Positions 26,442 to 42,945 of a DNA stretch of 64,000 nt are shown here, piece after piece. The translations under genes were made by a program, and so were the position numbers. Source of the DNA: the human T2T-CHM13v2.0 reference genome, Homo sapiens; the NCBI RefSeq assembly GCF_009914755.1, contig NC_060925.1. The stretch is one strand, 5' to 3'. The notes below the pieces were generated by a model. The model was not told where the DNA came from, did not search any database, and was given only the letters and a program-made list of their open reading frames with translations. Positions within the stretch are counted from its first letter, which is position 1, and every line of letters begins with the position of its first letter.

Positions 26442-26579
26442 CACTTCTAGTTGATTCACTTGCAAGGCTTCTTTCACATACATTGCAGAACACCAACATA
26501 TTTTATTTTCCTTCTACTTCTCTGGCTGCTCCTATTCAGTCTACTTTTCTGGTTCTTCATAATTATCTTGTGTGTGGCA

Positions 26580-27410
26580 AATTTTGAAGTTGCCCAGGAT
26601 GTAGTCTATGGATCACTCCCATTTTTAATCTAAATTTACTCCCTCAGTAATCTCATCCTGGCTCAAGGGTTCCAATGCAACCTACGTGCTGATGATTCAC
26701 AAATTAAATCTCCATTTTGTACCTCTGCCCTGAATGTCAGATTCATATCCACCTGGAGATGTGAAAGGCATCTTGAACTTTCCCAGTCTCAATTCCTGAA
26801 CACCAACACATTGGTTCATCTCACGGTTTTCCCCAATTTCAGGAAATAGTAGCTGCATTCATACACTTGTTCAAAGTGAAAACCTTAAAGTTATTCTGTT
26901 TCTTATTCCTTATAGCCAATCTTTCAGAAAATCCTGTTGACTTTTCCTTCAAAATAAATTCAGAATTTTATTTCTCACCATCTTCTTGTTACCACCCTGG
27001 TCAAAGCTACTATCATCTCTTGAGTAGATGATTTTCCATAGTTTTCTAACCCGTGTTCTATTTTAATTCTTGTTCTAGTTTAATCTTTTTTCATTGTAGC
27101 AGTGAGGATACTCTTTTTAAAACAGTCAAAACAATGTCACTCCTCTGTTCAAGTCTTATCATGATTGCCCAGGCCACTTATGGTAACAGCCAGGTAGATC
27201 CTTACCAAGGCATCAAAGGTTGCCACTGTTCATTCCACTCAAGTCACTCTGGCTCCTGGCTCTTTTTCCAACACACCCGGCACACTACTGCCTCAAAACT
27301 TGTGGACTTCTCTCTGGCGGCAATGCTTTTCTCTAATATCAACGCAGCCTGTTTCCTCCCCTGCACTGTGTCCTAACTCAGAGAGGGCATCTCTGACCAT
27401 CTCATGCATG
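26580..27410. mobile_element. L2 fragment
   Basis: Pyrimidine-rich L2 motifs (gctgatgattcacaaatt, atgtcactcctctgttcaa). Confidence 0.7.
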
Positions 27411-27924
27411 AGGATAATACTTTAACCTCATTTGTGAAATGTTACAGACAAAACTGTATGTATGTCAAGGTATGTTATGAAGATTAAATTGGATCAAATA
27501 TGAAAAATATTATATATTATATAGTAAATATAAGTTGTAGGTGCTTAATTGATGTTAGCTATTGTTAGACATTATATAAAGCTGAGATCATACCAGAAAT
27601 GATTATGTAATCTTCTTGTATTTTATATGGCACCAATTCCTGAGTAATTTTTTTCTATTACCCTCTGAATTGTGCAGTTGTTTTTCCCTTAAGTCAATGA
27701 CCTATAGTCTAAAATCATTTGTGATGTTACATTCTGTTAAACAGAAGAAAATTCCTACTGGGCCAGTAAAGATTTTTCCTGTTAAACACTTCATTTTTTC
27801 ATATTGACCATGTAACTATCTGATCAGTTCTTGCTAGAAGGCTGTGAGGGGCACCACCAAAAACTTTAACCTCTTTTTTTTTTTTTTTTGGTTTAGAATG
27901 CTTTTACTTTGTCTATGATTAAAA

Positions 27925-28860
27925 GACAGCAAAAGCATAAATCAGTCAAGATAAATCTGTGTTAAAGGGCACACAGTGTGTAAAGATGCATTCTGTGACA
28001 ATAACTATGTAAAGGGGAAGGCATGGAGATGTATGGGAGCAGGATGTTTGCAACTGAAACTAAGTTGGTATTGGTTAAACTAGGTTGTCATAAGTTTAAG
28101 ATATTAATTTTAATCCCTAAGGTAACAACTAAGAAAATAACTAAAAATTATATAGAAATGAGAAATAAAAAAGGTCTGAAATGGATGAAGTGAAGAACAA
28201 ATAACATAAAACATACAGAAAATATATAGATAAATAGCAGAAGTCTGTCCCTCCTTCTCAGTAATTACTTTAAATGTAAATGTATTAAAATCCTCCAATT
28301 AAAAGGTAGGTGTTGCAGAAAAGATAAACAACATGATCTATCTATATGCTATATGCTGTCTACTGGAGACTTGCTCTAGATCTATAGACCAAAAAAGGTT
28401 GAAAGTAAAATGATAGAATAAGCTATTCCATGCAAGTGGTAACAAAAAGAGAACCAGAGTGACTTAATATTATTGGATCAAAGAGATTTTAAGGAAAAAA
28501 GGTTACGGGAGATAAAGAAGGACACTATATATATTGATAAGTAATATAATCCATAAGGAATATATAACAATTATTAACACATGAATATCTAATAATAGAT
28601 GCCAAAACATGTGAAGCAAAATTGACAAAACTAAAGGGAGAAATAGAGTTTACAGTCATACCTAGGTACTTCAATACCTCACTTTCAATAATGGATATAA
28701 CAACGAGCAGAAGATCAATGAGGAAATAGAAGACTTGAACAACACCATAAATCAATTGATTATATGAAATATATACAAAACACTCTACATAACAACAGAA
28801 AAATATGTATTCTCAAGTTCATATGAAACCTTTTTCAGGATAAACCATATGTTAGGCCTT
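27925..28860 (+). mobile_element. Old L1M fragment (inter-ORF and ORF2 endonuclease region)
   Basis: tcagtaattactttaaatgtaaatg and aagcaaaattgacaaaactaaagggagaaatag motifs; reading frame degraded. Confidence 0.85.
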
Positions 28861-30481
28861 AATCATTGCCAGTATAATTATAAACACAATCCTCTAACAA
28901 ATATGGCTCTCATGCTTTCAGGCCCAGTTATCTCTTTAATCAGGCAAATAAACAGAAAACACTACAAGTCTGGATCCAGTTATCACAGGAGAGGTTTCTT
29001 TTTGAAGATTCTACTGAGATAATCATTACTGTGGTGCATCATGGTGAAAAGGCACTTATGTTGGATTCACTTTGGGTTTAGGATTTGACTACATTGCACT
29101 GTAGACACATAACCTCCAAAATGTTGCTTACTTTGTCTTGAGCCTGTTTCTTCATCTTCATTGGTTATAGTTATACCTACCTTTTTAAATTTTTTGTCAG
29201 TATCAAAGATAATAAATAAAACATGTCTATTGCAATAACTGGAATAGTGAAAATTCCCAATAAATGGTAGTTATTAATGCCAGTTTTTGGAGTGGTGGAA
29301 GTGAAGAAACTAATAGGAGCAGCTATAGGTAGTCTTACTGATAGTCCTGGGGTCAACTTACAACCTATGAAGCCATATTAGGTTCTGAAGTCTATAGCTT
29401 GCCTATGTGAAGATACAAGTGAAAACCCTTAGCAGCTCTGTAAAGTCTGATTTACCTCTATTTGCTTATAAAAATCTGTATGCAGTAATTTTATGCGTTT
29501 TAAAGTTTGAGAACAACTTACACAGACTGAAGAAACAAATTCGGCCCTTCAGGCTTTCAGACAACTATCAATGCCTTAAGAAGTTTAAGAATAAAGGATC
29601 TATAGATTTTCTCAGAAAAATACTGGATATTCTGCAGTTAGTTTGGATTGTTTCTACCTACATGGTAGGGGTGGTTGGAGGTGAGCCATGGTATCCAAAT
29701 TTTTTTGTGGTTGTCCATCATAATTAGCTACTGGAGTTATCTTCTCCCTGCTTTTTTACTACCTCTCTCAAAGCTAAGAACTCAGAGCATAAGCTTGAAA
29801 TAGAATCTGAAACTGCATAAACTCAGAGATGGTTCCTATAGGTAAAGTGAAATTGAGACATCCCAGTGCCAGAATCATTGTTAAGGTATCATTGAAGCAG
29901 TCCACTGGGCACCATGCCCTTGAACTGGAGAAAAAGCTGCTCCTTGGTGACTTAGGTCATCAAGTGAGACCTAAGTCTCACACCCTGGTGAGAAGAGGGT
30001 GTTTTCCAGATTGTCTTTATAGAGAACTGAGATTGCTTGACTATGACCTTCTTTCCATAACCTCCCTCACTAGAAACTCTTTCAGGGAGGGAAGGAGGGG
30101 GTAGTGTTCCTCTTTCCTTTCACCCTTCCCCCAGGCTACCCTTTTATGAGCCTTTATATCTTTTAGGACAGCTCAAAATTCTCCCTTAACCTAGTTATTT
30201 TTTATGGGTATATGGGAAAGGGAAAGAGGGAACATTCAGTTGAACTACCCATTGATGACCCTGGAGAATATTCAGGAAATGTCAATAAAAGGGAGATAAG
30301 GTATCAAAGAGAAGGTGCTAAGAGCCAGACCTAGTGCAGCCTTTCCCTGGGATAAGCCCTGTCCTCATATACTCTTTCTATGTTCTGGGATTCTTTCTGT
30401 TTTGTGACTTTAGCCTCAAAGATGCCACCTCCTCATGGCCAAAGAACACCTCATAGCAGTGGATGTAAGAAAGCATACTAG

Positions 30482-30779
<298 letters not shown>

Positions 30780-31247
30780 AAAGCATACTAGGAGAACGGA
30801 GAACATTCAGAGCCACTTTAAGCTCAAGAGAGTCTGCTTCAGGAGCTCAAACAAAAAGGCTGGTAGAAGAACAGCCTGGAGCAGGGGGGGCTGCACATCC
30901 AAGCAGATGGAAATGGGTAGTAGTGGGAGAAGGAGGAGGAAGGGAACCTGACGTTGCAGAGTGAAATGATGGTATGTGGTGAAATGTCGGCGGCCAGAGC
31001 AGGGCTGGGCTCATCTGTGTGAACCTAGTTCCCAGTCTTGTCAAAGGCAGGCAATCGTTAATTATCAGCTTGTGCTTATGATGCACCTTCTGAAGTCAAG
31101 ATAGACATAAATATGTGCATTTTTATTCAGACCTGATGTGTATTTGTATAACAAATGTCCACTATGTCAATAAGCAACAGTCATCATCTTAAAGCTTGAG
31201 ATTGATTAATGTCAGGCACACACATACAAAAATGCTCATGCTCCAAG

Positions 31248-31570
31248 GCTGTGTTATACAAGATAGTAGCTGCTAGTAACATCTGCATACTGAGCTCCTG
31301 AAATGCAGCTGGCTGGTGCAAAATTACATGTTCTATAAGGTGTAAAGAGACACTGAATTTTTAAAATGTAGCATGCATAGAAGAATGTAAAAATATCTCA
31401 TTAATTTTTTAAATTAGTTACATGTTGAAATACTAATATGTTAGATACGTTAGGCTAAATAAATGAATTGTAAATCAGTTCAACCCTTCAATTTATTTGT
31501 TTAGTATGACTACTATTAAGTTTAAAATCACATATGTGGCCCGTACTGTATATGTCTTGGACAGTTCTGC
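31248..31570. mobile_element. MER33-like hAT element
   Basis: Motif similarity to the 5400-5708 copy, in the opposite orientation. Confidence 0.6.
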
Positions 31571-34500
31571 TCTTAAGCCTGATTCTGCCATTTATCCTGC
31601 ATCTTTGTGGAAGTGACTTAACTTCTCTGTATCTATGATTCCTGAACTTTAAAGTAATTGAGTTGTGAAGATGAAATTATTTGACATATGAAAAGCACTT
31701 AGAAAAATATATGGAATATAAGACATTTAGCTATTATCTATCTATCTTTCTAGCCGCCTGTCCATCTAGCCATATAATTAACAGCTGTAGCAAATATTGT
31801 ATATTACAGTAGCATCAAAGTGACATACAAAAATATTGGCTATGATAAAGTGTTCTTATCAGGGGTTTTTTTCTTCCTTTCTTTATTTAGAAAAAAACAT
31901 TTCAGTGAACTACGGTTACAAACCAGAGACAAACCTTAAGAAAATAGTTGAATAAAGATGTGTTTCTGTACTTCTAGCCAACTCTTGTAACTATGAAAAA
32001 CTTCTGAAGTGTTTTGCTGACAGTTGAAATAATAATTTAATATTTTTAGAGAACAATATCATAATCTTTTAGAATTCTGAACTCCCATAAAGCATCTTTA
32101 TTTTTTGACTGCCAAGGCAAGAAATGCACAATGCAGGTAGGGCAAGTATTTTTGTATAAATAGATAAATGTTGTTGGTTGTGTACTATAAATAAGAAGGA
32201 AATACATCAGAATTAGTGATTTGTTTAATTAGACAGTGCAGCTTGTGTGTTTGCTTTTCTAGTTTCTTATACTAAACTATTTTTGATTTTCTAAGAAGTG
32301 AACCTAAAATCTATAACATGCGAACACTTCTAAAGACAGGGAAAATCTGAAAGCTGTGATGAGACTGGAGGACTGTGATTAAAAAGAGAAAGAGGAAATA
32401 GAAAAATTATACTTGCTGTAATTTATGGGATTGCTAAGGCATCAAAAATATTGTATGTGATTCAAGAATTGCTTGTACAAATAGCAATTCATTCACATAA
32501 CCCCAGGATACATAAACAGGAGTAGAATGGTGGGAGAGTTCCCCTTTTATGTGATATGTATAGTTGTTCCAATGCTTTTTACAGAACTGCTTCTAATTTG
32601 GGATTCCATAATTTAAAGTGAATGTGATGGATATACAGGGAACAACAAAAATGATCAAAAGATTGGAAAATGAATGGTCTGAGAATAGAGGATTTCAACA
32701 CAGAATTTTTTAAACCTGAAACAAAACCACAGTTTTTAACCTGAAAAAGGGATGAATGACAGCTTACCAGGATTGGAAATGACAAATGAGAGTGGGGCAA
32801 TGAGTATAATACATGAGTAAAGACATTATCATTTGATAATCTCAGTTGAATCTCTGTGTGAGAATCCATCAGAGTACTTTCAGCCTTGTGTCATTTTAAT
32901 TCATATTATTTGTTTGATATTTTTGGAGAAAGAGGGATATAGATCTCCTCTGACTGCATGTCCATAATACCATGTACATCTACCTAAAAGGGTGCTAAGC
33001 CCTCTGTGTTATGATTATTAATTTATGGGTGGGCCTTGCCAGCTTTTTAAGGATAGGAACTCATGTCTTATTTTTCTGTATCATCCCAGAACCTGGCAAT
33101 ACCCTTGACATACAGTAGTAGGCGCTTAATAAATATGTGGTGCCTGAATGCAGGAATAAACATAGGACAGTTTAATTTCATGACCGTTGGAGCCATTATC
33201 AAACAGTTCCTTAATAGCCCTTGATTTTGAGACTGAGGATGAGGTGGAATGAAAGTGCATAACTATAAGAGTTTTAGAATCAAACAATTCTATTTCTTGC
33301 ATGGGCAAATTGTGCAGCCTTTCCGGGGCTCATCTTCTTATCTGTAAACTGGGTAGTGTGATATCTAAACTACAGAGTGATTGTAAACTTTTAATTTAAA
33401 TGCAGTGATATACAAAAAGTAGTTAAGTGTCTATCACAATGTAAGCACCACATTTATTCATTCTTTCAACAGGTATTTATTACAACACAACAGGCACTGT
33501 TCTAAGTGTTAAGAATGTAACAGAGAATGAGGTCCTTATCATAATTGTAACATAAAGAGTCTTCAGATAAAACTACCTGCCCTTATTCTTCTGTCTCCAA
33601 TTACCAGGAGGCCAATTTCTGGGGCTGCTGTTAGGGACCAGTAAACACCTATCTAATGTAAAGTGTCGGGACTGCAGGTGACTCTGTCCATTTATCTGAA
33701 ATCTGAGGGATTAATGAAAACAGTGTGGTCTTGAGCCTGACTTGAGAATGTGAGTTCATGCTTTAGAAGTCTCCCTGTGAACCCTGAGCTTCCACTGTTG
33801 AAAAGCCTTCCTGATTCCAAAAAGCTTCTACACTATTCTACCAGAAATTCCTAGCTTTGGTTTCAGCAAGGAAATTCTTATAAAAATTTAACTTTGCCAT
33901 TTCTACAATCTGCCATTTTTCTTAGAATTTAGATTTATTAAAGGAAGCTAAATATTTATTTGCTAAATGAAAACAGACTTCTTGACTGTGGTATATGTAT
34001 CAGTGGTTTTGCTTTCACAACCCTTAGTTCCTTTGTAAATTCTGGGTCTGTTACCAGAATGGACCTTAATTTCTTTTTAATTTTTTTTTCAACTGTGATC
34101 CCAGCAGGGACAAGGAAGCAAACTGAAACACATGATAACCTTCATCACTCAATCTGGAAAATTCAATAAGCCCAAGTTAAAAAGCTAAGAACCTAAAAAA
34201 ACCCAACAAGTCCTCTAAACTAACATGTTAGAAAAAGTAGCAGGCCTAAAGGCAAGATGGTCCTATTCTTTATTTCTTTTCATATCTTTCCTGGATTTCT
34301 TATTCATATGAGTCTATCTGGAGGGCTATCTCTGAATATTTTCTTCTTGCAGAGATTTTTCTTTCTCAATTTCAAGGAAAGAAGAGCTGTAAGAAGAAAT
34401 GGTCACAGGCAGAAAAGAGAGAGGTTGCATTAAAAAATGTGATCAAAGGCAGATTCTGATTTTCTAGCTCAATTAGAAAGTTTAAGTTTGGTAACTTTGA

Positions 34501-34762
34501 AAGACTAATGAAGTCTAAGTTGAATAGCAGAAATAATATTATTTGCTAGGGAGCTTTGTGTCTCTATGGATTAATGATTTCATTCGATGTGTAATACAGG
34601 ATTCGAGATTGCCAGAGGTTGAACATCAACAAAAGGGATTTTTTCCCCTTTCCTCCTGGGGATTCTCTTCTGTTCTGTTCTCTTCCTTTCTCTCTTTCTT
34701 TCTTTTATGAGATTCAGCTCTAGGGTGAGAGATATCCTGAGTCTTGACTGTTCTTTGATTGA

Positions 34763-35193
<431 letters not shown>

Positions 35194-35728
35194 GGAATTT
35201 CTTTCTTATTCAAGAAAATCTGGTTGATTGTAAGACCAGTTGGATATCTGAATCCGCCCCCCAAGTTAGGCCTAATAAATGCTAGTGCAATTGGAATGCT
35301 AGACCATGCATAGAAAATCATCGGAATTATTAGGCAGTGAGTACATATTTCTCTCTAAACAATTTGAGAGACAGGTTTGTTCATTTGAACTTAGGCTGCA
35401 GATGTGCTAATATTATGGCTGACATCTGACAGATGAAAAGATAGTCACTCCCAAATGGAAGGCACAGAGGGAAAGAAGTAAATGACCACGTGTCACTGCC
35501 AGTCACTGTTCTGGGAACTATGTGCTCACTGTTTCCTTAGCACTTCAAAACAACTGTATTAGGCGATTATAATTCCATTTTTTTGGTTAAAGAATTAACA
35601 TTCAAATAAGTTAGGTAATTTTCTGAAGGTCATACAGCCTTTTAAAAAGTGACACTGAAGGAATTTGATTGCAGGTCTGTCTGACCCAGAGTTAGGTTCA
35701 TTCCTTTCCCTGCTAACACCTTCTCAGC

Positions 35729-35761
<33 letters not shown>

Positions 35762-36035
35762 TATATTCCAAGATATATATATATTCCAAGATATATATAT
35801 ATATGCCAAGATATATATATATATTCCAATATATATATATTCCAAGATATAGATATTCCAAGATATAGATATATATATTCCAAGCATATATATGATGTTT
35901 TATATATAATGTATAAATAACACATGTTTTATATATACAATGTGTGTATACATATATAATATATGTTATATATTATATATGTATACATGTTATATATGTA
36001 TATACTATATATATAAAATAGATATATATATCTCC
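35729..36035. repeat. AT-rich composite repeat with seven (AT)n-TTCCAAG-type units
   Basis: Directly visible. Confidence 0.9.
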
Positions 36036-38216
36036 CTGTATACACTATCTTAGTTTCCTTCAAGATCATGAGTATGTTTTGTATGTGGACTACATTTTAC
36101 AGATTAAATGATGCAGGGAACCACAGAATTGAAGCTAAATGATTTAGGAAAGCAAATTCAAAGTTAAGTCAGAGAACCTTGAGTACCAAATCTAGGGAAA
36201 CTCATCCAATTGAAGCTAAAATGAAACTGAAATTGGAGATCTGCAGCTTAAACAAAACAAATTTGCCTTTCCAAGGACCAACATAACTAAAGAAAAAATC
36301 TTTGTCTTTGGATGAGGCAGGATAAACCATCCAAAATGGAGTAAGACTCAAAGAGCTAGGATTAGTAGAAGGAAAAAAACGATTTAAAAAATAGTTCATA
36401 AAAAGATTGAGCAATCTATACACTGGTTGTACCTGTTCCTGAATTTAAATTAGATGTTTTAAAATTAGCCAATCTCATGTGCTGTGCTGTGGTGGACAAG
36501 GAACTGGAATTGTAGATAGCAGAAATTGCTAGAGGAGTATAAGCAAAAATGCCTGTGGATTCAAGACAATGGTCTTTGGGAGAGAACCCCAATAGCTTGG
36601 ATAGTGGCATTGGTAAATTACTCAGAGAAACATTACTAAAATTTGGTTAGGGGATCATCAGTTGTCCCTTTGTCAAATCACACCCCCAGAGCTGGATGGA
36701 AAATAAACTTATGTTTATTAATGTGTTTTATTGGAAGTGAAGATGGGATGGGAAGATGGAGGCAGGAGAGGGAAACTGGAATTATTCAAGAGGAACTTTT
36801 TCTGGCTTAAATTGGCCTTCCCAATACATTTACCTGTTCCAAAGCCGACCATGTGAAAACAAAGGGCACAGTCAAAACTGTCCAGAGTCATGCAGAAATG
36901 TTCAGAGATGCAAGGGGTGTGGTTGCCTATGTTAATGGTATTTAGGGCTTCCTGTCAGCTTAAGAAAAAGGAAGTGCAGAAGTGAGAATGTGTGTGTGCT
37001 AGTGTGTGAGTTTCTCACTGTATGTGTGAGTTTTGTTGTGTGTTTCCGGGAGAGGGAAGGGAGGCTGGGGGGAGGGTGCAGACATGAAGGAAGTGCAGTA
37101 GATGTGGCAGTTTGGTCTATCTTGGAATCAGTTTGTGATGCTTCCGTGGTGCTGAATATCGCTCTCCATTTCTTCAGGTCTGGGAATGATTGTCTTTAAT
37201 TACCTGTTTGGTTTTACTCTCGTATTTCTGGGATACCACATCTGTTTTTAATTTTCTCTCAATTACAAAAGCAATATATATTGAATGAAGAAAATTTGGA
37301 AAATATAGAAGACAGGGAAAATAAAATAAAACTGGCTCATAATTCTGTCATCCTGCAATAACGACTATTAACATTTTGTTGTGTATCCTTCCAAGTATTA
37401 CTGAGATTTACAAAACTGGGCTATTACTCCACCTATTGCTTTATATCGTGTTCTTTTCCCTGGACTTTTATCTCTGTTTTCTTTCTGTGCCAAACCCTCA
37501 AATATTCTTTGTACTTTAGTGTCTCACTCGGGCAATTCTCCACCTTCATGTTACTCCCTGTCCATTGCCTTCAACCCATGTTCTGTCCCAGTGACTTCCT
37601 CCATGTCTTTCTTTAGAGTCCATGATTCTTCCATAAAAATCCCTTCTTTGCTTTATACATTCAAAGCCCTTTTTGTAATCACCCTGATAAACCTCAACCT
37701 TCATAAAATCTAACTACCTTTCTTTTCCATGTTAACCACATTGCTGGAGAAAACCATGCAACTGTGCTGACTCCTCAAAATGCTATTCCTCAAACATAAT
37801 GTCCCCATAAGAAATGAAGTGTGCTTCTACCTCCAGGCCTCTTAGTGTTCCCTCTGCCCAGACTTCTCTTTCTTGAGCTGTCTTCTGAGGCTTATTCCTC
37901 TACATTCAGGTTTTTCCTCAAATGTTATCACTCAACTCAGCACAAACACCTATCAGTGGCCTCAGTGCACTCTATTGAAGTGATCGAATCACTGCAGTCT
38001 CCTTTATTTCAGCACGTAGACTCCTTGAAGAGAAGAGTCATACTTAGTGAAGTCTTGTCACAGAGTCAGTGCTCAATAAATGTCTGCTAAATAAAATAAT
38101 AAATGGAAAAAATCCACTTTTTTCTTCTTCTTCAGGTGGCAAAGGAATTTCAGCCACATTATCATATTTGATTCTTTCAAAAAACCCGCGATATTGATTT
38201 GATGACAGTATTTTGG

Positions 38217-38422
38217 ATATTATATATGTGTGTGTATATATATATGTGTGTATATATATGTGTATATATGTGTGTATATATATGTGTGTATATATTTGTG
38301 TATATGTGTGTATATATAAGTGTGTATATATATGTGCATATATATGTGTATATATGTGCATATATATGTGTGTATATATGCGTGTATATATATGTGTGTG
38401 TATATATATATACACACACACA
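38217..38422. repeat. (TA)/(TG) compound microsatellite
   Basis: Directly visible; source of several spurious ORFs. Confidence 0.95.
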
Positions 38423-41400
38423 TTTTTAACAGGACTTCAAGTTCACAACACTAGCAAGGGGGAAAGATCAAGCTTGGTGTTACTTTCACTCTACCACACG
38501 TCTCATACTTCTGTATCAAAGTAGTCCTAAAAACAGAAAAAACTGTCTAGCCTGGATGCTATGTATTGCTGTAGCTGAATACATTCTGCTGAAGCATGAC
38601 ATTTATATTAAGTGTCCAAAATTCATTTATCTCACTATTATCTTTAACTTGGTACAAATTAGTGTACTATTATCCTGTTACATGTTTGCTGCAATATTAT
38701 CTGTTTTATAACTTACAAATTAAATTAAATTTTTTGACTCTTTTCCTCCTTCAAGAAAAGATGCCACTCCAAAGGATGCCTCCTATTCATCCCATGACTT
38801 CCCAGAACTTCTTGCATACGTTAAATGTCTCCAGACATCTGTATAAACCCAATCTGGGAAATAACATGCTTTACCACACAGTCTTTCCCCATTGTGGATT
38901 AAAGGCAGGACTTGATAATGTTGCTATTTGTATGTCAGTGAGTATAATGAGAAACACCAACTCAGTTAAATGGCATATACTTCCAATGCAAAATTGTTGA
39001 TCAATATCCTGGCTCAAAGGGTTATCAGAGATGTATGATATCTGGACATGTTTTTGAGACATTTTACAACATAGATGTAAAGAAACTCTTCTTGACTCTC
39101 CTAGATATATAGCCAGACTTCACTCTTCCCTCATCTGAACAACTAATGAACCTCATGTGGATAACTATAAAATTTATTGCAAATATTTGGAAGATATAAT
39201 GTCCCCAAGAGAGAAAAAAATTAATAAAAGCTTATATATCTGGAATGAAAAAAACATAACTAGGGAAGACAAAGTTTCATGTTACTTGATTCCTAGATAC
39301 ACCTGCTCAACCTTACAGAGTTCTGAGTCATAATAGAGGGATAAAAAATGCAATATGAGAAATACCAATGCATATTTTGATTGGACTACCAAGAGATTTT
39401 CATTTCACAAAGTAGAATGGAACAGAAAATCTTCAATGATTTATGACAGATTATTTATAGTGGATAGAATTCTCAAAAATCTGGCTTTCTGCTTTATAAA
39501 ATTATCTCCAAATGCAATAAGTGCTCTACTTCCTATTGCTACTTATAATAGCCTTTTTGATTAATGCTTTCTTCTATCACCAAAATATATAAATAACCTA
39601 TTTGGATTTATTTATAAAAAATTATAAAATAGCAAGAATACTGTATTCTTGTGAGGACATAAAATACATGAAGCAGGAAAGAAAGCTCTAAAGATACAAT
39701 TCAGAAATGGAATATATAATTGAGTTCCTTGTAATAGTCATTTTAGCTTAACTATTTTTTGTTTTCTTGGATTTTGATATTTAAAACACGGATCTCTCTC
39801 TGCTGGTGACATTGCACACACTGCAAAATTGCCAAGGTGTAGAGAATTCCAAAATTATAGAATACAATAAAAATTTAAATCCATAAACCAAATGTTTGAA
39901 ATCTAAGAAATCCCAATCTGGGACTCTACCTCTTTTTAGCTTGTGATACACACATAGGGAGATTCAGGAGTTCAAGCAAGGATTTTTAAATCAGAATTGT
40001 CCTCTAGAATAAAGCCATATTCTAAGCATTCTGACCTGAGGGGCTCTAAATTTATAGGTGTCTTTCAAAATACTGATTGTATAGCAAAATATACAAATAC
40101 ACAGACTCCAGAGAGGAAACAGCATTTACTCCCTTCCTCCAGTATCAGCTTCCTTACACCACCCTCCTACGATGGTGGCTGCAAGCCAATTCCTGTGGCA
40201 AGACATTTAAAAACAACTGTGTGGCTCCATATTGATTGGCAACACGCAATTTGGCTCCATAAAGTCTGCAAAATGAATCATGATCCAATGCTGTTACCTG
40301 CTTGACTTCAATGTATCTTCTCTTACCACAGGAAAAGCAATTTAATAACAGGCAATTTACAGTCCTGATTATAATGGGCCAGTGAGGTTCAGTTCTAGAT
40401 GCACTGGCAAAACTCAGCCAACAGATTTGGTGGTCTTATTTATTTATTTAATTATTTATTTTATAAAGTTAGCTTTTAATGGCCCATTTGTGATTGAATC
40501 CAGAATTACATAGTCTATATAATACTGACCTATGGTATACCTAGGAGCCCTGAATTTTTGCCAAGAATTCCTGGCTGTGTCTATAAGACAACAACATGTC
40601 CAGATGAAAAATGTAACATGCTAGCTATTTTGTCTGTATAAGAATTATAGTGTTAATTGTTTTTAAGTGAACCTGTCAATTTAACACAAACAGGGAGTGA
40701 ACATAGATACAAGCTCCAAGTGTGTGGTGTGCCTTTTTATACAAGTTCTTTTGGAAAAAAATTACTTGTTTGTGTTAACTTGCAAGAATTACATTAGAGA
40801 ATAATATCCATCTCACTTGAAATTAAATTATTGAATTTGTTGGAATAAGTAGACTTACTAATGATTATTGTAGTATGGCTCATGATAATTGAAAATATCA
40901 ATTTATAAATTGTCATTTAACATTAGGCTTTTACTACTATTTTAGCTTATTATGTTCATATATTTCTATTGAATTCAGACTGTGACTGACTTTCTTGTTG
41001 TTGGAAGATATTGGAGGGAAGAGATTACCTTTTTATTCTGTGTGTTGGGGGGCTTTGAAAGAAATTAGAATCATTTAAAGCAATTTTGTTTCTTTATTTT
41101 GATAATGTTTTTATCCTAGTCAAAGGCACAATGACTATTTCTGAATCAGTAGAAAGCAAATAATCTAATTTGTACCAGGATTTGGGAGCATTTATTACAC
41201 CATAATAAAAAATGAAATAGAAGTAAGACATAAAACATAGGGACATTCAGAAACCTACTCCTTCAGTTTCCAAGTGTTTCATTTCCCAGGCTCTGGTCTG
41301 CCTTTCTTCCTGTGACTCTTTAAATCACCTCAAGTTCCTTGGCTTTCTGCCATGTTTTCTTTCTTTCACACCAAAAGCATCTATATTTTAACACCAGCCT

Positions 41401-41484
41401 CTGGTTCTACTTGCATTTTTCTGTCTTTTAAATATCTTTTTGCATTAAAAAAAAGAACAAAAGTTCAGTGATATGTAATTATCA

Positions 41485-42100
<616 letters not shown>

Positions 42101-42576
42101 CTATTGAAATGATCACATAACCATTTTTTCCTTTATTATGTCAGTAAGGTGAATTACTCTAATTGACCTTTGAGTATAAATTCCTTTCTGGAATAAACAT
42201 CTATAGTGATAAGCTCTTTCGTTCCTGATCTAAGTTATTTTTGCCACTTAAAAATATATATTAATATAGTTTTATCCCTTTTTATATGTCTTTTAAAAAA
42301 TAACATTTGGATTTATTTGTTCTACAGTACATTTGCTTCCTTTCATTTCTTCACACTTTTATATTTATTTCCTTTTTTCTACTTTCTTTAAATTTAATTT
42401 GCTGTTATTTTTAAATTTCTTAAAATGGATTCTTAGATCAATAAAAATCATTCATTAATTATTTACTCTTTCTGCTTTTGTGACATATGCCTTCCTGCTA
42501 TACATCTTCCTCTAAGCATGGCTTTAGCTACTTCCCAAAGTTTTGATATGCCATACTGTGATTCTCATTGACAACA

Positions 42577-42945
<369 letters not shown>

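Noticed and set aside
35761-35885. Repeat-spacer pattern superficially like a CRISPR array
   Set aside because: This is eukaryotic DNA, the spacers are plain (AT)n and there are no cas genes.
38044-38524. Stack of ORFs on both strands
   Set aside because: These are TA/TG microsatellite translations.
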